Origin: an uncultured Oscillospiraceae bacterium
GTDB taxonomy: Bacteria; Bacillota; Clostridia; Oscillospirales; Oscillospiraceae
NCBI GenBank assembly: GCA_949878425.1
Contig: CATLAL010000006.1
Span: forward strand, 1,075-65,074
Direction: 5' to 3'
DNA: 64,000 nucleotides
Positions within the stretch are counted from its first letter, which is position 1, and the number at the start of each line of letters is the position of its first letter. Shown one piece after another: positions 62,113-64,000 of this stretch. A program made the translations under genes and the position numbers. A model generated the notes under the pieces. That model was not told the DNA's origin. It worked only from the letters and a program-made list of their open reading frames with translations, and made no database searches.

Positions 62113-64000
62113 ATGAGAAAAGAACTGCCAAAGACCTATGAGCCCCAGGAGGTGGAGGGGAAGATCTACCAGGCCTGGCTGGACGCGGACTGCTTCCACG
62201 CGGAGCCCAATCCGGCGAAGAAGCCCTTCTCCATCGTCATGCCGCCGCCCAACGTCACCGGCCAGCTCCACTTGGGCCACGCCATGGACTGCACCCTCCA
62301 GGACATCCTCGTCCGCTATAAGCGGATGCAGGGCTACGAGGCGCTGTGGATGCCGGGCACGGACCACGCGGGCATTGCCACCCAGATCAAGGTGGAGGAA
62401 GAGCTGCGCAAGAACGAGGGCCTCACCCGCTACGACCTGGGCCGGGAGAAGTTCCTGGAGCGGGTCTGGGACTGGAAGAACAAGTACGGCCACCGCATCG
62501 TGGAGCAGCAGCGGAAGCTGGGCGTGTCCTGCGACTGGGACCGCTCCCGGTTCACCATGGATGAGGGCTGCTCCAAGGCGGTCCGGGAGACCTTCTGCGA
62601 GCTCTACGACAAGGGCCTCATCTACAAGGGGAGCCGGATCATCAACTGGTGCCCCCACTGCACCACCGCCCTCTCCGACGCGGAGGTGGAGTACGTGGAC
62701 AAGCCCGGCCACCTGTGGTATATCCGCTACCCCCTCTCGGACGGGTCCGGGGATCTGGTGGTGGCCACCACCCGGCCGGAGACCATGATGGGCGACACCG
62801 GCGTAGCCGTGAACCCGGAGGACGAGCGCTTCAAGCACCTGGTGGGCAAGACCTGCATTCTCCCCATCATGAACCGGGAGATCCCCATCGTGGCGGACGA
62901 GTACGTGGAGCTGGGCTTCGGCACCGGCGCGGTGAAGATGACCCCCGCCCACGACCCCAACGACTTCGAGGTGGGATTGCGCCACAACCTGGAGACTGTC
63001 CGGGTGATTGACGACAACGGCGTCATCAACGCCAATGGCGGGCCCTACAACGGCATGGACCGCTACGAGTGCCGCAGGGCCATTGTGAAGGACCTGGCCG
63101 AACAGGGCTTCCTGGTCAAAACCGAGGACTACAGCCACAACGTTGGCGCCTGCTACCGGTGCAAGAACGACGTGGAGCCCCTCATCTCCGCCCAGTGGTT
63201 TGTGAAGATGGAGCCCCTGGCCAGGGAGGCATTGCGGGTGGTGAACGAGGGGGAGGTGAAGTTCATCCCCGAGCGGTTCTCCAAGACCTACACCAACTGG
63301 ATGGAGAACGTCCACGACTGGTGCATCTCCCGGCAGCTGTGGTGGGGCCACCAGATCCCCGCCTGGACCTGCTCCGACTGCGGCCACATCACCGTAGACC
63401 GCCAGGACCCCACCCGCTGCGCCAAGTGCGGCAGCGCCAATATCGAGCGTGACCCGGACGTGCTGGATACCTGGTTTAGCTCCGCCCTCTGGCCCTTCTC
63501 CACCCTGGGCTGGCCGGAGAGGACGCCGGAGCTGGACTACTTCTACCCCACCAGCGTGCTGGTCACCGGCTATGACATCATCTTCTTCTGGGTGGCCCGG
63601 ATGATCTTCTCCGGCTGCGAGCAGATGAAGAAGTTCCCCTTTGAAAAGGTGCTCATCCACGGCCTGGTCCGGGACGACAAGGGCCGGAAGATGTCCAAAT
63701 CCCTGGGCAACGGCATCGACCCCCTGGAGATCGCCGACAGGTACGGCGCGGACGCTCTGCGCTTCAACCTCATCACTGGCAACAGCCCCGGCAACGACAT
63801 GCGCTTTTACGTGGAGAAGTGCGAGGCCATGCGCAACTTCGCCAACAAGATCTGGAACGCCAGCCGGTTCGTGCTGATGAACCTGACCATCGAGGAGGTG
63901 AAGCTCCCCGAAAAGCTGGATCTGGAGGACAAGTGGGTCCTCTCCAAGCTGAACACCCTGGTCAGGGAGGTCACGGAGAACCTGGACGCCTACGAGCTGG
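62113..64000 (+). CDS. valS: Valine--tRNA ligase, N-terminal about 629 codons (continues beyond the right edge)
   Basis: Absent from the ORF track because it has no stop in the window. My translation from ATG 62113 (RBS gaggaga) reads [23 protein letters not shown]...[15 protein letters not shown] (HIGH)...[16 protein letters not shown]...[14 protein letters not shown] (KMSKS). Track ORF 62074..63660 - is its antisense shadow. Confidence 0.95.
   Translation, partial: MRKELPKTYEPQEVEGKIYQAWLDADCFHAEPNPAKKPFSIVMPPPNVTGQLHLGHAMDCTLQDILVRYKRMQGYEALWMPGTDHAGIATQIKVEEELRKNEGLTRYDLGREKFLERVWDWKNKYGHRIVEQQRKLGVSCDWDRSRFTMDEGCSKAVRETFCELYDKGLIYKGSRIINWCPHCTTALSDAEVEYVDKPGHLWYIRYPLSDGSGDLVVATTRPETMMGDTGVAVNPEDERFKHLVGKTCILPIMNREIPIVADEYVELGFGTGAVKMTPAHDPNDFEVGLRHNLETVRVIDDNGVINANGGPYNGMDRYECRRAIVKDLAEQGFLVKTEDYSHNVGACYRCKNDVEPLISAQWFVKMEPLAREALRVVNEGEVKFIPERFSKTYTNWMENVHDWCISRQLWWGHQIPAWTCSDCGHITVDRQDPTRCAKCGSANIERDPDVLDTWFSSALWPFSTLGWPERTPELDYFYPTSVLVTGYDIIFFWVARMIFSGCEQMKKFPFEKVLIHGLVRDDKGRKMSKSLGNGIDPLEIADRYGADALRFNLITGNSPGNDMRFYVEKCEAMRNFANKIWNASRFVLMNLTIEEVKLPEKLDLEDKWVLSKLNTLVREVTENLDAYEL

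Overview
GC-rich chromosomal segment that looks like a spore-forming Clostridia-class Firmicute. That placement is an inference from two T-box leaders, spoIIM, and der-plsY-gpsA, glmU-prs...pth, pgk-tpiA-gpmI and cysE-cysS synteny. I support about 57 protein-coding genes, mostly housekeeping: four aminoacyl-tRNA ligase-related loci, glycolysis, ruvC, ftsK, xerD, yajC, metH, tdk, mgtE. Two genes run off the window edges and are missing from the ORF track: a YgiQ-type radical SAM gene on the left and valS on the right. Accessory content: (i) a PadR regulator coupled to an internally duplicated HAAS/DUF1700 membrane protein; (ii) a MATE - LytTR regulator - sensor-less histidine kinase - two ABC exporter gene string; (iii) an orphan ssnA-ygfK pair behind an unclassified terminator-containing leader; (iv) a 7.7 kb TRAP transporter/amidohydrolase/AraC/Gfo-Idh-MocA/DegT island; (v) several decayed pseudogenes. 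The main signal not explained by genes is a dense population of modular, hairpin-rich intergenic repeats (MITE/REP/BOX-like) at more than 10 loci. One module shows compensatory stem changes. One roughly 200 bp unit is present twice with only about 5 mismatches. Copies sit inside operons and even supply the last codons of two genes. No rRNA, tRNA, CRISPR array, transposase or recognisable defence system was seen. Most long ORFs in the track that oppose these genes are antisense shadows typical of GC-rich DNA. All similarity statements come from reading motifs by eye; nothing was searched against databases.
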